A stretch of 63,206 bases of DNA, counting the filler, from Kipferlia bialata (Eukaryota), in assembly GCA_003568945.1 (NCBI GenBank). It is 5 parts of 5 records of this genome, joined end to end, with 100 filler letters (N's around TTAATTAATTAA, not from the genome) between each part and the next. Parts side by side here need not be neighbours in the genome. Positions count along the whole stretch, not along the records: positions 35,517 to 52,430 come from BDIP01000562.1; positions 52,531 to 63,206 come from BDIP01000564.1; 3 more parts are not named here. The stretch is one strand, 5' to 3'. The position numbers and the translations under genes were made by a program. Within the stretch, counting starts at the first letter, position 1, and each line of letters opens with the position of its first letter. The notes under the pieces are model-generated. The model made no database searches and was not told the DNA's origin. It saw only the letters and a list, made by a program, of their open reading frames with translations. Positions 40,917-55,500 of the stretch are shown one piece after another.

Positions 40917-42149
40917 AGTGGTAATATTTATCCTTTTATACCACTATTGGTAGAATGATATCACTCTAACCCCCAGTCCCCCCTTCTGCTCCATGACCTC
41001 CTTAGGTCCAACAGGACTGTGCTGTACCCACTCATCAGTGCATTCTGCGGGGTGTTCCAGGTACATATAGTACATATATAGTATATTATATTTATAGTAC
41101 ATAGTACAAGTACCTAGGACAGTGCTCTACCCACTCATCAGTGCATTCTGTGGGGTTTTCCAGGTACATATAGGATATATATAGTATGTATAGTATATAT
41201 AGTATGTATAGCATATATAGTATGTATACCATGTCGAGTATACTCTATGTCCTCTACCCACTCATCAGTATCAGTATCAGTATCAGTATCAGTGCGGGGT
41301 GTTCCAGGTACATATAGTACCTATGTATAATATATAGTATAATATATAGTATAATATATAGTATAATATACATACATTGTTCAAGTACATAGGACAATGG
41401 TATATCCACTCAGCAGTGCATTCTGTGGGGTGTTCCAGATATGTACAGTGTATTTAGTAAACATACTCGTACATGACATGTATAGTCAGTCTCTCTAAGC
41501 AGAAGCTTGGCCCCTCCTCCCTCTATTGCCACATTGTATACAACTTTATGTAATCATATGTATTCTGATGCCTAACCTCTAGCTCGAGAATCTCCTAGTA
41601 GATGGCACCTCTCTGGGTCACTTCAGCCCTCTAATTAATATATATATTTCTCTGTTTCTATCTGTATATATGATCCTAACTTCTAGCTTGAATCGCTCCT
41701 TGTGGTCGATGCGTCTCTGGGCCACTTCAGCCCTCTCTCCAGCACCCTTGGTGTCATACTCTCCAGTGTGCATGGCCTCAGGGACATCCCACTGGCTATG
41801 TACAGGGTACTGCTGGATAGGATAGTAGGTATGCGGTATACAGTGTGTTAATATTCAACATAGCCTCAGTGGGAGTTGTAGCTTTACCATCTCTCTGTAT
41901 GTATATATATATTTATGTATTCTCTCTGTAGGTGTACTTGGGTCAGAGGCTGTATATCAGCCGAGGCATAAGTTACATTTCTTTGTATATATATATATGT
42001 ATGTGTATGTCTGTACAACTAACTCTCAGGTGTGCTTGGCTGGGTCAGGGGCTGTATATCAGCCGAGGCTTCCAGGGTCTTTGCATCAGTGCTAGACAGG
42101 ATGCCAGCGGTGGTGGACGTGTTACAGCTAGACAAGAAGGTACTAGGCA

Positions 42150-42184
<35 letters not shown>

Positions 42185-42408
42185 TATATACCATATGTCT
42201 TTGCATCAGTCCTCGATAGGATGCCGGCGGTGATGGATGTACTACAGTTAGATGTTAAGGTACTTATCATCATCATACTGTATATATATATATATATATG
42301 TGTGTATTTAAATCTATGTATATTTTATATATTTTAATATATATATATTTATGTATATATATATATGTATATGTATATATGCCTCTGTATATATTAATAT
42401 ATATATAA

Positions 42409-42441
<33 letters not shown>

Positions 42442-42566
42442 TATGAGAGATACTATATATATATATATGCCTCTGTCCTCGACAGGATGCCTGCGGTGGT
42501 GGATGTATTACAGCTGGATAAGAAGGTATTCACTTCTTGTAATGAATATTTAGTATGTGTGAAATG

Positions 42567-42599
<33 letters not shown>

Positions 42600-44898
42600 A
42601 CCCTTATTGTCAGGAGTCCTCTTCCAAGGCATACAACATCCTGCACATGGTTCAGCTCCTGCTGATATCATACTCGGCAACATACTACGAGCAGCCAGTG
42701 GAGGTAAGTGCACAGAGATGTATACACAAATGGATTTTAGTATTTGCAGTGACTATGCTATGCATACGTTACAGCCATTGGAGGTACGGTATTATGTGAG
42801 GGCATCGTGTAGTACCACTATCGAGTATTATATATGTATGTGTTAGTAGCTGCCTTGTTGAGATACATCCCCTTACCCCCTTACCACACACGCACACATA
42901 CATACATATTTGTATGTGTGTGTATATACTCATAGGAGAATGAAGCTTCATTACCCCTTACACCCAGGGAGAGAACATTGCCACCAAGGAGATGTGTCTG
43001 CAGCAGGGTATCACAGGTAAGATTTCTGTAGTATACGTACCTCCCGTTAATATACTCATCCATTTATTGATGACTTATATCCCTCTACCCTCACCCAGGT
43101 GCCATGCAGCGTGTGGTTGAGCTCTCTCACACACACACTCTCTCCCTCAATCTCTCTCTCGCTCTCACTCTCACTCTCACCCTCACTCTCCCTCTCTCTC
43201 TCTCTCTCTACATATATATATATATTCATATACACATATGTCTTCTAATGACCCAGGTGCCATGCAGCGTGTGGTCGAGTACCTCCATGACCCCCAGTCA
43301 ACACTCAAGGCATACTCTACAAAGGCTAAGGTACACACTAGTATATCTATGATACATATATGATATATATATGATATATGTATATACATTACTGTGTCCT
43401 CAAGGCATACTCCACTAAGGCAAAGGTTAGTCATTGGAGTATCTGTATTTATATAGCACATATGATATTTATATATACACATATATATATATATATACAT
43501 TACTGTGTCCTCAAGGCATACTCCACTAAGGCTAAGGTAGACATTAGTACGGATTAGAACGTATATACAAATAGCATGTATAGTTGTAGTGTGTCTTAGT
43601 ATATCTATGTACTCAAGGCATACTCTACCAAGGCTAAGGTTAGTCATTGCAGAACACTTGGATATAATATGTATTAATATTTATGTTCTCAAGGCATACT
43701 CTACCAAGGCTAAGGTATACAGTAGTATATATATTGTAGTAGTATATTCGAATGTCATGTGTAATAGTATTATGTATTAGTGTATGTGTGTGCTCAAGGC
43801 ATTCTCCACTAAGGTGTACATACACGTTTGGTTAATCATTTGTAATTATATACATTCATTTATACTCAATGTACTCATACATGTACTCTCTCTCTCTCTC
43901 TCTCTCTCTTTCCCTTCATACCTTGCTTACCCTAGGGCGTCTCCCCCCACATTGCTACTGAGCCCCAGTTCTACTTCGGTGCATACCTCTCTCTCTCTCT
44001 CTCTCTTTACCTATCTTACATTCAGGGTGTATCTCCCCACATTGCTACTGAGCCCGAGTTCTACTTCGGTGCATACCTAGTCATGGCCAGTGCCCTGGGA
44101 CCAACCACACATGGCTATGTCAACTTCACACAGGTATATATATATATTTATGAATGTATATATGATGTATGTAGAATACATGGATACGTCAACTTCACTC
44201 AGGTACACAGTGTATACAACAATTTTACACATGCACTATTATATATATATGTATGCTAACCCTCAGCTCTTCCTGCGCTGGTATGCAGGCGGTGCCGTCT
44301 CTCACTATACATATATGTATATATACTAGTATCTCTCTCTATATATATACATGTATAACATATACTCTATATACTCTAACCCCCTAGCTCTTCCTGCGCT
44401 GGTTTGCAGGCACTGACGGTCTCAATGCATCCTGGGATGGACCACTCACAAAGGTATGGGGTTCTCTCCCTCTCACCCTCTCCCTCTCTTAATCAATATG
44501 TATATACATATGTATATATGTACAATGATGTATGTGCTCTTCCTTATCACCCCAGTACATCCTGCTTGTCCTCAATGGCACCCTGAGCAGCAGCACAGGC
44601 ACCATAGTGACACCTGCCATGCCAGTGCCATTCTGCAGGTATACATATATGTGTGTATATATATATATATATGAGTGTATGTATACATATATATACCTAT
44701 ACAGAGGATAGGTGCTATGTCAAATATATGTATATTCATGACACCAGCCATGCCAGTGCCATTCTGCAGGTATAGTATATATATATATATATATATGAAT
44801 GTATATATATAGAAAGGGAAGGAGGGATGTCATCCTTAAGAGGTGTATGTATCTGAGTATTTGTATTTGGCACCAGCCATGCCAGTGCCATTCTGCAG

Positions 44899-44936
<38 letters not shown>

Positions 44937-45210
44937 CCTTTATATCCAGCTGGGTCATAGGCCAGTTGAAGTCTGTGTCTCTCTCCCTCCCTCTATACAC
45001 ATACCTATGTATATGGGTACATGTACTGTATGTATATCTATATCTAACCCCAGCTGGGTCATTGGCCAGTTGAAGTCTGTGCGTGACCCATCCGACATAG
45101 TGTCACTCAGTGATATGGTACCAGAGGTATAGATATGTATGATATAGACAGATAGATGAATGGATATAATGTATATAGGTGCCAGAGGTATGTGTAATAG
45201 GACTAGTTGC

Positions 45211-45241
<31 letters not shown>

Positions 45242-48200
45242 CCCCTCTACACCCTTAATACCCAGGCCGATGAGGATGTGGTCGAGTGGTCATGCTGGAA
45301 CCCCAGTCAGAGGTACGGAGTATTGCTATATACATATATGGGACAACACAATCATTGACGTGCCTCTGGCCTCCAATTTATATATGCTACAATGTTGATA
45401 CATATCATACAACATATAAATATATATATCATAATACCTATATTTCACTTGTATGTATTGATAACCTATCTTACCCCTAGAGGCGTAGATGCCGCCGGTG
45501 TCCCCCTTGCCTACAATGTACTGAGGGCATACCAGAGTGAGCACATCAAGGTATGGACTATATATCGATACAAGTATATATATATATGCAATATATATAT
45601 ACTCTGTCTATATTACATACATCTAACCCCCAGCTGTTCAAGTCGTGCCGTGACAGCAAGGGTCATCTCCCATACTCCCATACATACCTATACATTATAT
45701 ATATACATATACCTAACCACAGCTGTTCAAGTCGTGCCGTGACAGCAAGGGCCTGGCCATGGCAGTCAGGGGCATGAGTGTGTACTTGTCTACAAACAAG
45801 GTAGAGTATAGATATATGGATGTGTAGTATATATATATATATATATATATGATACTGTGTGTGTTGTAAGGGCCTGGCCATGGCAGTGAGGGGCATGAGT
45901 GTATACCTATCAACCAATAAGGTATACACATGGATATATGATTAGTATACATTAGTATATATTAGTAGTCTTAATATACATTTATACCCTGACCTCCAGG
46001 CCAACACTGCCCTCAACCACATCTCTGTATCTACCTCTTATATATATACACACACACACCTATATATATATATGTATATATATGTATCGATCTAGTATGT
46101 ATCTATACATGTACTGACCGCCAGGCCAACACTGCCCTGAACCACATATATCTACCTCATATATGTATATATACACACACACACATATATATCATATACA
46201 TATATATGGTATATATGTATCTGACCACCAGGCCAACACTGCCCTGAACCACATCGACAGTGTCTACCCATATATGTATATACACACACATATATATATC
46301 ATATACATATATATGTATATGTATACTGACCACCAGGCCAACACTGCCCTCAACCACATCGACAGTGTCCGCACAGCATACTTCAGGTATGTATATATAT
46401 ATATACTATATTGTATAGATATATACAAATTTATTGTATTCATTTGGATATGTCAGCTGTACTGGTGTTGACAGTGTCCGCACAGCATACTTCAGGTACA
46501 CAATCCATTGGGTCATCCTATAACACTATGTATCCTTCTCTCTCTCGCTCGCTCTCTATTTCTCCAGGTAACACCAGTGAATATATAACAATACACTTCG
46601 GGCAACATGTGAATACCTTAGTATTGTATATGTACATGTATATATTCCTTACCTCTAGGACCACTGTCCCCTATGGCGCAGGCATTGTCTGTGGCAGACT
46701 GGCCAAGGAGCAGGCATACTTAAAGTACGTTATATATATGTAGTATAGTATATATATAGTGACATAGTTTAGTATATATATAGTGACATGAGTGATACTA
46801 TACAGTGTATATTATGAATGTATGTGAAATACTATAGTCTTGTGTGGCAGACTGGCCAAGGAGCAGGCATACCTCAAGTGAGTAATAATAGATATATATG
46901 CATATACTATTATATACTACTATACACTATTATATATACATATACTTGTATATATATATATATATATATATACTGTGTGTCTGTGGCAGACTGGCCAAGG
47001 AGCAGGCATACCTCAAGTACGCATCAATGCATATATATGCATATACTAATATATACTATTATACACTATTATATATACATATACTTATATATATATATAT
47101 ATGTCTGTGGCAGACTGGCCAAGGAGCAGGCATACTTGAAGTACGCATCAATGCATATATATGCATATACTACTATATACTACTATACACTATTATATAT
47201 ACATATGCTTGTATATATATGTCTGTGGCAGACTGGCCAAGGAGCAGGTATACTTGAAGTACGCAGTATTCCACATATTGTATACATATACACTACTATA
47301 TAGACAGATACTTGTATATATATCTATGTATACATATATATATATTTGTATCATCATATTCTTGTATGGCAGACTGGCCAAGGAGCAGGCATACCTAAAG
47401 TGAGTAATAATAGATATATGTATACACATATATAGACATATACTTATATATGTATGATTATATACTATAGATACCGTATGGCTGTGGCAGACTGGCCAAG
47501 GAGCAGGCATACCTCAAGTGAGTAATCATATAGATATGTACATATTTATACACCTATTCACTACTATATAGACGTATACTTGCATATCTATCCATACATA
47601 GATATATATATATATGTGTGTGTGTGTGTGGCAGACTGGCCAAGGAGCAGACATACCTCAAGTACGTCTCTATCGCTCTCTCTCTGTGTGTCTCTCACCC
47701 CTTAGAAAGGAGGTCTTCATCAAGGAGACCTGTGACATCATCCAGTCATCCAGCACATCTACTTCTAACCATATAATCATATATATATGTATATGTATAT
47801 ATATACATATCTAACCGTAGGAAACAAGTATTCATCAAGGAGACCTGTGACATCATCCAGTCATCCAGCACATCGGTCAGAGAGTTTGTGGCTGGCATGA
47901 TCGAGGCCTGTGACAAGTGAGTGGTACATATAGTGTATACTAGAGTATAGTGATAGTGTGGTATATATAGCTATAGAGAGGGGACAGAGAGAGAGAGAGT
48001 TTGTGGCTGGCATGATCGAGGCCTGTGACAAGTCCGTTAGTTCTCTCTCTCTCACTCTTAGTCACGTCTCTCCCTCCTCTCTCTCTCTCTCCCTCTACAC
48101 CCTTTATTCACCCCTAGGTCCCAGGACGAGGCAATCAAGACCTTCCTCTCCCTGAAGACACTGCACAAGCCCCTGGACTCAGTTTTTGTACAGTTCGGTG

Positions 48201-48678
48201 GACTCCCGGCAGGTATAGATTAATTTTTTCTACGCGATTACATTTTTACGCGAGTACATGTTCGGTGGGCTCCCGGCAGGTATAGGTTCTAAGTCCTACA
48301 CGATTGTACTTCTTACGCGATTACTCACTCTATAGGCACTGAAGAGCGTGCCGGTCTCCCCCTACCCCCCTTTGTGCACGGGTGGTCTGTGGGCAATGAC
48401 CCATGGCTGCCCAAGTGGGGGCAGTTCCTACAACTTACTAGGTACATATATATAGTGTACAGTTATAGTGACTGTCCATGTATGACATCTTGAGTGTATT
48501 AGTATATTCCATAATTGTCTAGGAGTCAAAATGCATGTATACTCTGCTCATCATCTCCCCCCATAGTATTATGTATAGTGATATAGTAATATATAGTAGT
48601 AGTAATAGTAATGTATAGTAGTGTGTCTCTCTCACACCAGGACCCACTCTGCGGACCAGACATCTTTCTCTCTCTCTA

Positions 48679-48715
<37 letters not shown>

Positions 48716-51700
48716 ATATTTCCATATTTATTATTCCATATCTAATGCCAGGACCCACTCCGCCGACCAGAACGTGCTGATCAAGCAGTGGCTAGGTACG
48801 TAGAGATGTAGATAGACAACTATGTATAGATACAGTATTTATATACATTTGACTGTATATATGTGTGCAATACTAACCTCAGGACTGTGCAAGACATAGT
48901 ATGTATAGGATACCTTAGTATATATATATGTATAGATATAACCCCAAGGGCTGTTCAAGAAAGAGGCACCCACTCTACCAGTATCCGAATCTTCTCAAAT
49001 GTATTAGTATTATATATATTGTATAATTATGGTGTATGTATATATCTCACCCCAAGGTCTGTTCAAGAAGAAGGAGGCCCCCATCCTGAGGATGTTATTA
49101 CTATATATTGAATGCTATATAGTATATATGAACTATATATATAGTATATATACACTGTATGTATATAGTGTATATATATATTACTGACCCTAGGTCTGTT
49201 CAAGAAGAAGGAGGCCTGCCATCCTCAGGATGTTATTACTATATATATATATATATATATATATGTCTTCTTATGTATCTAACTACACCTTATATAGTGT
49301 ATATATACGTATATATATACATTAGTGTCTCACCCAGGCCTGTTCAAGAAGAAGGAGGCCCCCATCCTCAGGATGTTCATAGCAACACTGGCCTTCTACC
49401 ACTACTACGACGCACCAGGTACAATCCTTATATCTACGCGATGATCACTTCATACACGGTACTCTTTAACACTACGACGCACCAGGTACCACCCGTATAT
49501 CTACGCGATGGTATATTTCTTACACGATTCCATTTTGTGTTCATAATATTCAACATGATACCAGGCTGCTTTGGACCCAACCTCCCCTCTAGGGCCAAGC
49601 TAGTGGCTGCCAGTAGAGCACTGGACAACAGCTACATGAATGGCATAGAGCATGCATACATAGTGATGCTCAGTGACCCCAGGTACTTCTAGAGATAGTG
49701 TACACATACACACACACCCTTACCTCTATATATATGCGGTATATATATATACATGAATGGCATAGAGCATGCATACATTGTGAGGCTGAGTGACCCCAGG
49801 TGGGAGACATTAGGCTCTGATATACGAATGACCTTACCTATACTTGATAAAGCTATATTACTAGATATGATTGTATCTAACTCTCCAGACAGGCACCCGT
49901 GTGGAACACGTCCGAGCCAGACTTCAAGTACCTCAGACGGAACCACAACGTGATGCAGGTATATATGTATCTCTCTCTCTCTCTCTCTCTTCATCCAATA
50001 TCTCTGAGAACTGAAAACACATTGTTTATGTCTATACCCTTACTCACTCACTCTCTACACCCCTAGTATCTAGGAACTGTACACTGTGCCTGGTCACGTT
50101 CTCTCTCCCTCTCTCTCTCTTTTTCTCTCTCTCTCTCTCTCTCTCTCTACACCCTTAATATCCAGGAACTGTACACTGTGCCTGGCCAGGTGGTGGATGC
50201 AGACGATGATGAGCAGAGGAGCCACAGGTAATATATATATATATATATATATACTACAATAGATATATAGATATAGGTATGTAGATATATAGATATAGGT
50301 ATATATATATATATGTAGTCTCTACACTATATATATTATGTGGATGCAGACGATGATGAGCAGAGGAGCCACAGGTGAGTACATGTATTATTATTTATAC
50401 TANNNNNNNNNNNAGCAGAGGAGCCACAGGTGAGTACATGTATTATTATTTATACTACAATAGATATATATATAAAGGTATATACATATATATATGTAGT
50501 CCCTACACTATATATATTATGTGGATGCGGACGATGATGAGCAGAGGAGCCACAGGTGTGTATGTACATAGTATGAATGGTATATATATATGTATATTGA
50601 GAGAGAGAGAGGGAGAGAGAGACGATGATGAGCAGAGGAGCCACAGGTATCTATGCACCGAGTCCAGACATCATATATAGTGATTGCTTAATATGTATTA
50701 TGTGTATCTCTCTCCCCTATCCCTGCTCACCCCAGGTTCTTCCGTCAGCACAAGAACGCTCTCTCTCTCTCTCTCTCATTATATATGTATATGAATATTC
50801 AGACACCTCCCTATCCATCCTCACCCCAGGTTCTTCCGCACAGAATCATTCTCTATCTGTTTATTACTAAATGCTCATTACTGTTTAACTATTTCTCTTA
50901 CCCCAGGTTCTTCCGTCAGGCCATCGCCCTGTGCATCATATACGGACTGGGGGTCAACAGGTATATGCTGTAGTTTACACATGCATAGACATATATATAT
51001 ATAGTGTATATCTCTGGAGGGTATCTCTTCAATTTACTATTGCCCTGTGCATCATATACGGACTGGGGGTCAACAGGTATATATGCACTATATACTATAT
51101 GGTGATATGTACTGAGAGTATATACATACTGATACTTGTTCATATTATTATTGCCCTGTGCATCATATACGGACTGGGGGTGAACAGGTATAAGATAAGA
51201 TGTAGTAAGTATACTATACGAAGTAACTATACTATTGCCCTGTGCATCATATACGGACTGGGGGTCAACAGGTATAGGCTGTATTCATAGTCTCTTGTAT
51301 TGTTATGTATATATATGTGTGTGTATGTATATATATATATATCTTACCCCCTAGGAGGGGGGCCCACTGGTCCAGGACCATGATTCAATAACTAAGATGT
51401 CATCAGTATACATTATTATATATATACTTGTATATACTACTATACTACTATCATTCTATACCACTAGGAGTGGTTTGGTTGTTATATATATATGTAGATC
51501 TATATATGACACTAGGAGCGGGGCCCACTGGTCCAGGACCATGATTGAGAAGTACATCGACCTCAAGGGGTGCTTCCTCATCGGTATGGATAAGTCTATC
51601 AATATATATATGTATGTATGTGTATATATATACATATATAGTACATCGACCTCAAGGGTGCTTCCTCATCGGTAAGGACATCAATCTCTCTCTCTCTCTC

Positions 51701-52113
51701 AAACTGTCCCACTGTTTGTCTCACTCATTTCATTGTTATTGTGTGAATCTCTCTATGTATACCTATCTTACCCCTAGGCCATGCGTGGAACAGTCCAGTT
51801 GGTAACGGCATCCACATCGACTGTGGAATGAAGGTACAGTATACTGAGTTGTACCTCTATACCCTTTCCAATACTCTAGGTGGACTTCTATTGCTGTGTG
51901 TTGTTACTATAGTATTCTTCATTCTCACTCTCAGGATGCCAAGTTCTCCTCCACCGTGACAGCTGAGGCAATGAGTGTCAGATCACTGGGGCCATTGGCC
52001 ACAAGGTGAGTTTGCATGAATATGGTATGTATCTATACTACACTTTATGTATCTATGTGTTTGTACTGAGGCCATGAGTGTCAGAGAACTGGTGCCACTG
52101 GCTACTAGGTGAG

Positions 52114-52147
<34 letters not shown>

Positions 52148-52221
52148 CCCCCTCTCTCTCTCCCTCTACACCCCTAATACAAAGAACTGGCTGGGCCATG
52201 ACCTATGCCTTCATGCTAGCT

Positions 52222-52253
<32 letters not shown>

Positions 52254-52380
52254 CCTCTACACCCCTAATACCAAGGACTGGCTGGGATATGACCTATGCC
52301 TCTCTCTCTCCCTCTTTCTCTCTCTCTCCCTCTACACCCTTAATGCAAGAACTGGCTGGGCCATGACCTATGCTTTCATT
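35590..52380 (+). CDS. very large hypothetical protein (about 50 exons, probably partial at both ends) spanning the whole contig
   Basis: Exon chain: [172 protein letters not shown]. Looks largely helical; no family recognised. Confidence 0.8.
46659..47667 (+). repeat. largest exon-echo array: exon 46659-46724 plus 7 downstream exon-end+donor copies
   Basis: TGGCAGACTGGCCAAGGAGCAGRYATACYTNAA|GT occurs 8 times at about 115-145 nt spacing, separated by TA-rich spacers. Confidence 0.95.
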
Positions 52381-52430
<50 letters not shown>

Positions 52431-52530
52431 NNNNNNNNNNNNNNNNNNNNNNNNNNNNNNNNNNNNNNNNNNNNTTAATTAATTAANNNNNNNNNNNNNN
52501 NNNNNNNNNNNNNNNNNNNNNNNNNNNNNN
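52431..52530. other. artificial contig linker
   Basis: N44-TTAATTAATTAA-N44. Confidence 0.98.
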
Positions 52531-55500
52531 CAGACACCACACAGTGGGTGGGGCTGATGCTGCCTGGCACGATAGTGATAGTGCCTGCAGAGGGGATGAG
52601 AGCTGGTGTGCCAGTCACACCTACACTAACAGTGTAGTCTCCAGCAAGAGAGAGTGCCGCCGTGGCAATGTATTTCTCGGTAGTTGAGTCAAACACAGCT
52701 GATCTAGGTACCACAGTGGTATCCAGAGTGAATGTGACTGTGACATTGGCTGTGTCTATGGCAATGGCCACCCCAGACTCGTCCTTGAGTGCCACTGACA
52801 CCTCACACTCCTCCCCAGCCACCACGTCTTCTGATGGGAGGGTCACCACGGACTGGGAGCCATCTGGTACCAGAGGGGCAGATATGGTGACAGTCCCAGC
52901 ACTTGTAATGAATGAAGATATCGAGTCGACACCTATACTCACAGTGTGGTCCCCCTCCACGCTGTGTACAGCACTGGTACTAGTGACAATGTACAGTCCC
53001 ACCGATGAGACAGAGGCAGTGGCATCAATGGTCACTGCACTACCGCCCTGGGTGAATGTGGCAGTCACACCAGTGTCAGCGGAGGTGGGGTTGGAGTACT
53101 GATCCCTGAGCATGACAGAGAGTGTGAACCCGAATCCTGAGGGCACAGCAGAGTCAGGGAGGGAGACAGTACTGGCAGACCCATCAGGGGCAGATCCAGT
53201 GACAACAAAAGTGGTGGTTCCAACTGATGCAGAGTCATAGGATACACCAATGGATACGGTGCCTGAGGAGGTGAACGTCCCTGTGAATGTGTATGTACTG
53301 GCAGCTGCCCCCAGTGCTCCACTCATGGGTGCCTGTGTCGCACCCTGGGTCATGACACCTGTGAAGCTGGGGAGGGAGGACCCATCTACAGGGATGAGGT
53401 TGCCGTATGAGTCACTGACAGTCACATCCACAGAGACGGACTCCCCTGCAGAGACTGAGGCAGGGCTGGGACTGCCAACCCTTGATGCTGCAGCACTGAT
53501 GGCGGCTGGTACAATGGTAACGGTACCAGCATTGGTGATGAAGGAGGGGGTGTCCGTGTATGCGATACTGACAGTGTACACACCGGCCTTAGTGGCAGTG
53601 CATGAGAGGGTGTACACAGGCCCGGCAGCCAGGTATGTCGCAGTGAAGGGCAGGCTGGTCTCCCCCATCGTGAGTGTACCAGTCACAGTGGTCTCAGTAG
53701 GAATGTCAACACCTGACTCGTCCTTCAGCTGCACATAGACATCGAATGCCGCCCCTGCCACCTGGGGGGTGTTGATGGTGACAGCTGATGCACTTGGATC
53801 TGGAGTGGCAGGGGCACTGACAGTGACAGAGGCGGTCTTGAAGAGGGGGACCCCAGTATACCCAACGGAGATTGTGTGAACCCCTACCACCTCATCCACA
53901 GCTGCAGTGCTGCTGACTGTGTATGTTGCAGTGCCTGAGTCATATGTAGCCACGATGGGTACTGAAGTCTGCCCCACCGTGAATGTGACAGTGACTGTCG
54001 TCTCAGTGGCCAGCACGTTGAAGCTGTTATCTCTGAGGACCACACTGACTGTGAACTGAGTACCTGTCTCGACGGTACTGGCAGAGAGCAGCACATCAGA
54101 GAAGTCTGCATAGGCTGCGAGGGGGAGTACAGTGACAGTGCCTGCCTCACTGATGAAATCAGGCACCCCAGTGTAGCCTATCCCCACTGTGTATGTGCCT
54201 GGGACACTGTGTACAGAGGATGTGCTGGTGACAGTGTACACCTTGGTGTTGGTGTCATACACGGCCTCGATGGAGACAGGCGTGGACCCCTCCTGAGTGA
54301 ATGTGAAGGTGACAGTGGTGGACCAGGGGATGGCTGTGAAGGAGGCGTCCATGAGCACAACAGTGGCTGTGAACACACTGCCATAGGATATGTCGGAGGA
54401 GGGCAGGAAGAGGTTGAACCCGGTCATCGTGGCGTCTGGGACAGCCACCTCCCCTGTGACTGTCACAGACCCAGCATCTGTCATGAAGGAGGGACTGTCT
54501 GTGATGCCTATACTGAGGGTGTGGGTCCCTGCCACATGGTCTATAGCATCGGTGCTGGTGACAGTGTACAGAGCAGTCCCTGCGTCATATGCAGCCACAA
54601 TGGGTACAACCTCAGACCCCACGGTGAAGGAGACAGTGAGTGCCACCCCGGTGGACACTGTGTTACTGTACTCATCCTTGAGTAACACCTGCACTGTGAA
54701 CTCTTCACCTGCCTGTACAGAGGAAGAGGGCACAGTAACAGTGGAGGTGGAGGGGTCTGGGGTGGAGGGGTCTACAGTGAAGGCAAGAGGGAATGTGCTC
54801 TGGCCGTACCCACACCCCTCTGTTGACTGCGCATAGAGGGTGTGACTCTCTGTGGCCACAGTAGGCAGAGTGACACTTCCGCCATACTTGCCATCTGCAG
54901 AGTGGGAGAGAGACACACTCCCAGACATGTCGGCGGAGTGACTGACACTGAGGGAGAGACAGGTGATGGGGGAGGAGGACCCATCAAGGACAGTGACCTC
55001 CAGTGCTGTGGATGTCCCTACTACACCCTGTGTAGTGCTAGTGATGGTACAGCTAGGCACCCTGGGCAGCACAGACACACTGTACTGGAAGGTGGTGAGG
55101 GTGTATCCAGACCCAGGGTATGACCCCCCCTGGACCCTTCCGTATATGGTAAGGGTACCCACGGCATCAGTGGGTACAGGAAGGGACCCTGTATACACAC
55201 CATCCCCCGAGTGCCCTAGATATACTGAGGCAGAGAGGTCGGAGTAGACACTGAGCTCCACTGACTCAGCAGTCAGTCCCACCCCTCCCGCATCCTGTAC
55301 AGTGAGAGTGAGAGATTCACTCTCCCCGGCAGTGACACTCGACTCAGCAAGAGTAACGCTGGGGTAGGGGTTGCTGGTGGACACGTATAGGACCACCACT
55401 GAACCCACAGAGGTCTGATCCATGTACACAACCTCGACAGTGCTGGACCCGGCCACAGCAGAGGTGCCAGTGTATGTATAGAGCCCTGAGTCGGTGTTGT

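Noticed and set aside
46659..47667. Repeat-spacer pattern resembling a CRISPR array
   Set aside because: The repeats are copies of an exon end plus GT donor, the spacers are related TA-rich intron DNA of variable length, the context is eukaryotic, and no cas genes are present.
50340..50460. Two identical echo copies either side of an 11-N gap
   Set aside because: The exact duplication flanking a gap may be a scaffolding overlap artefact, so it was not used as evidence.
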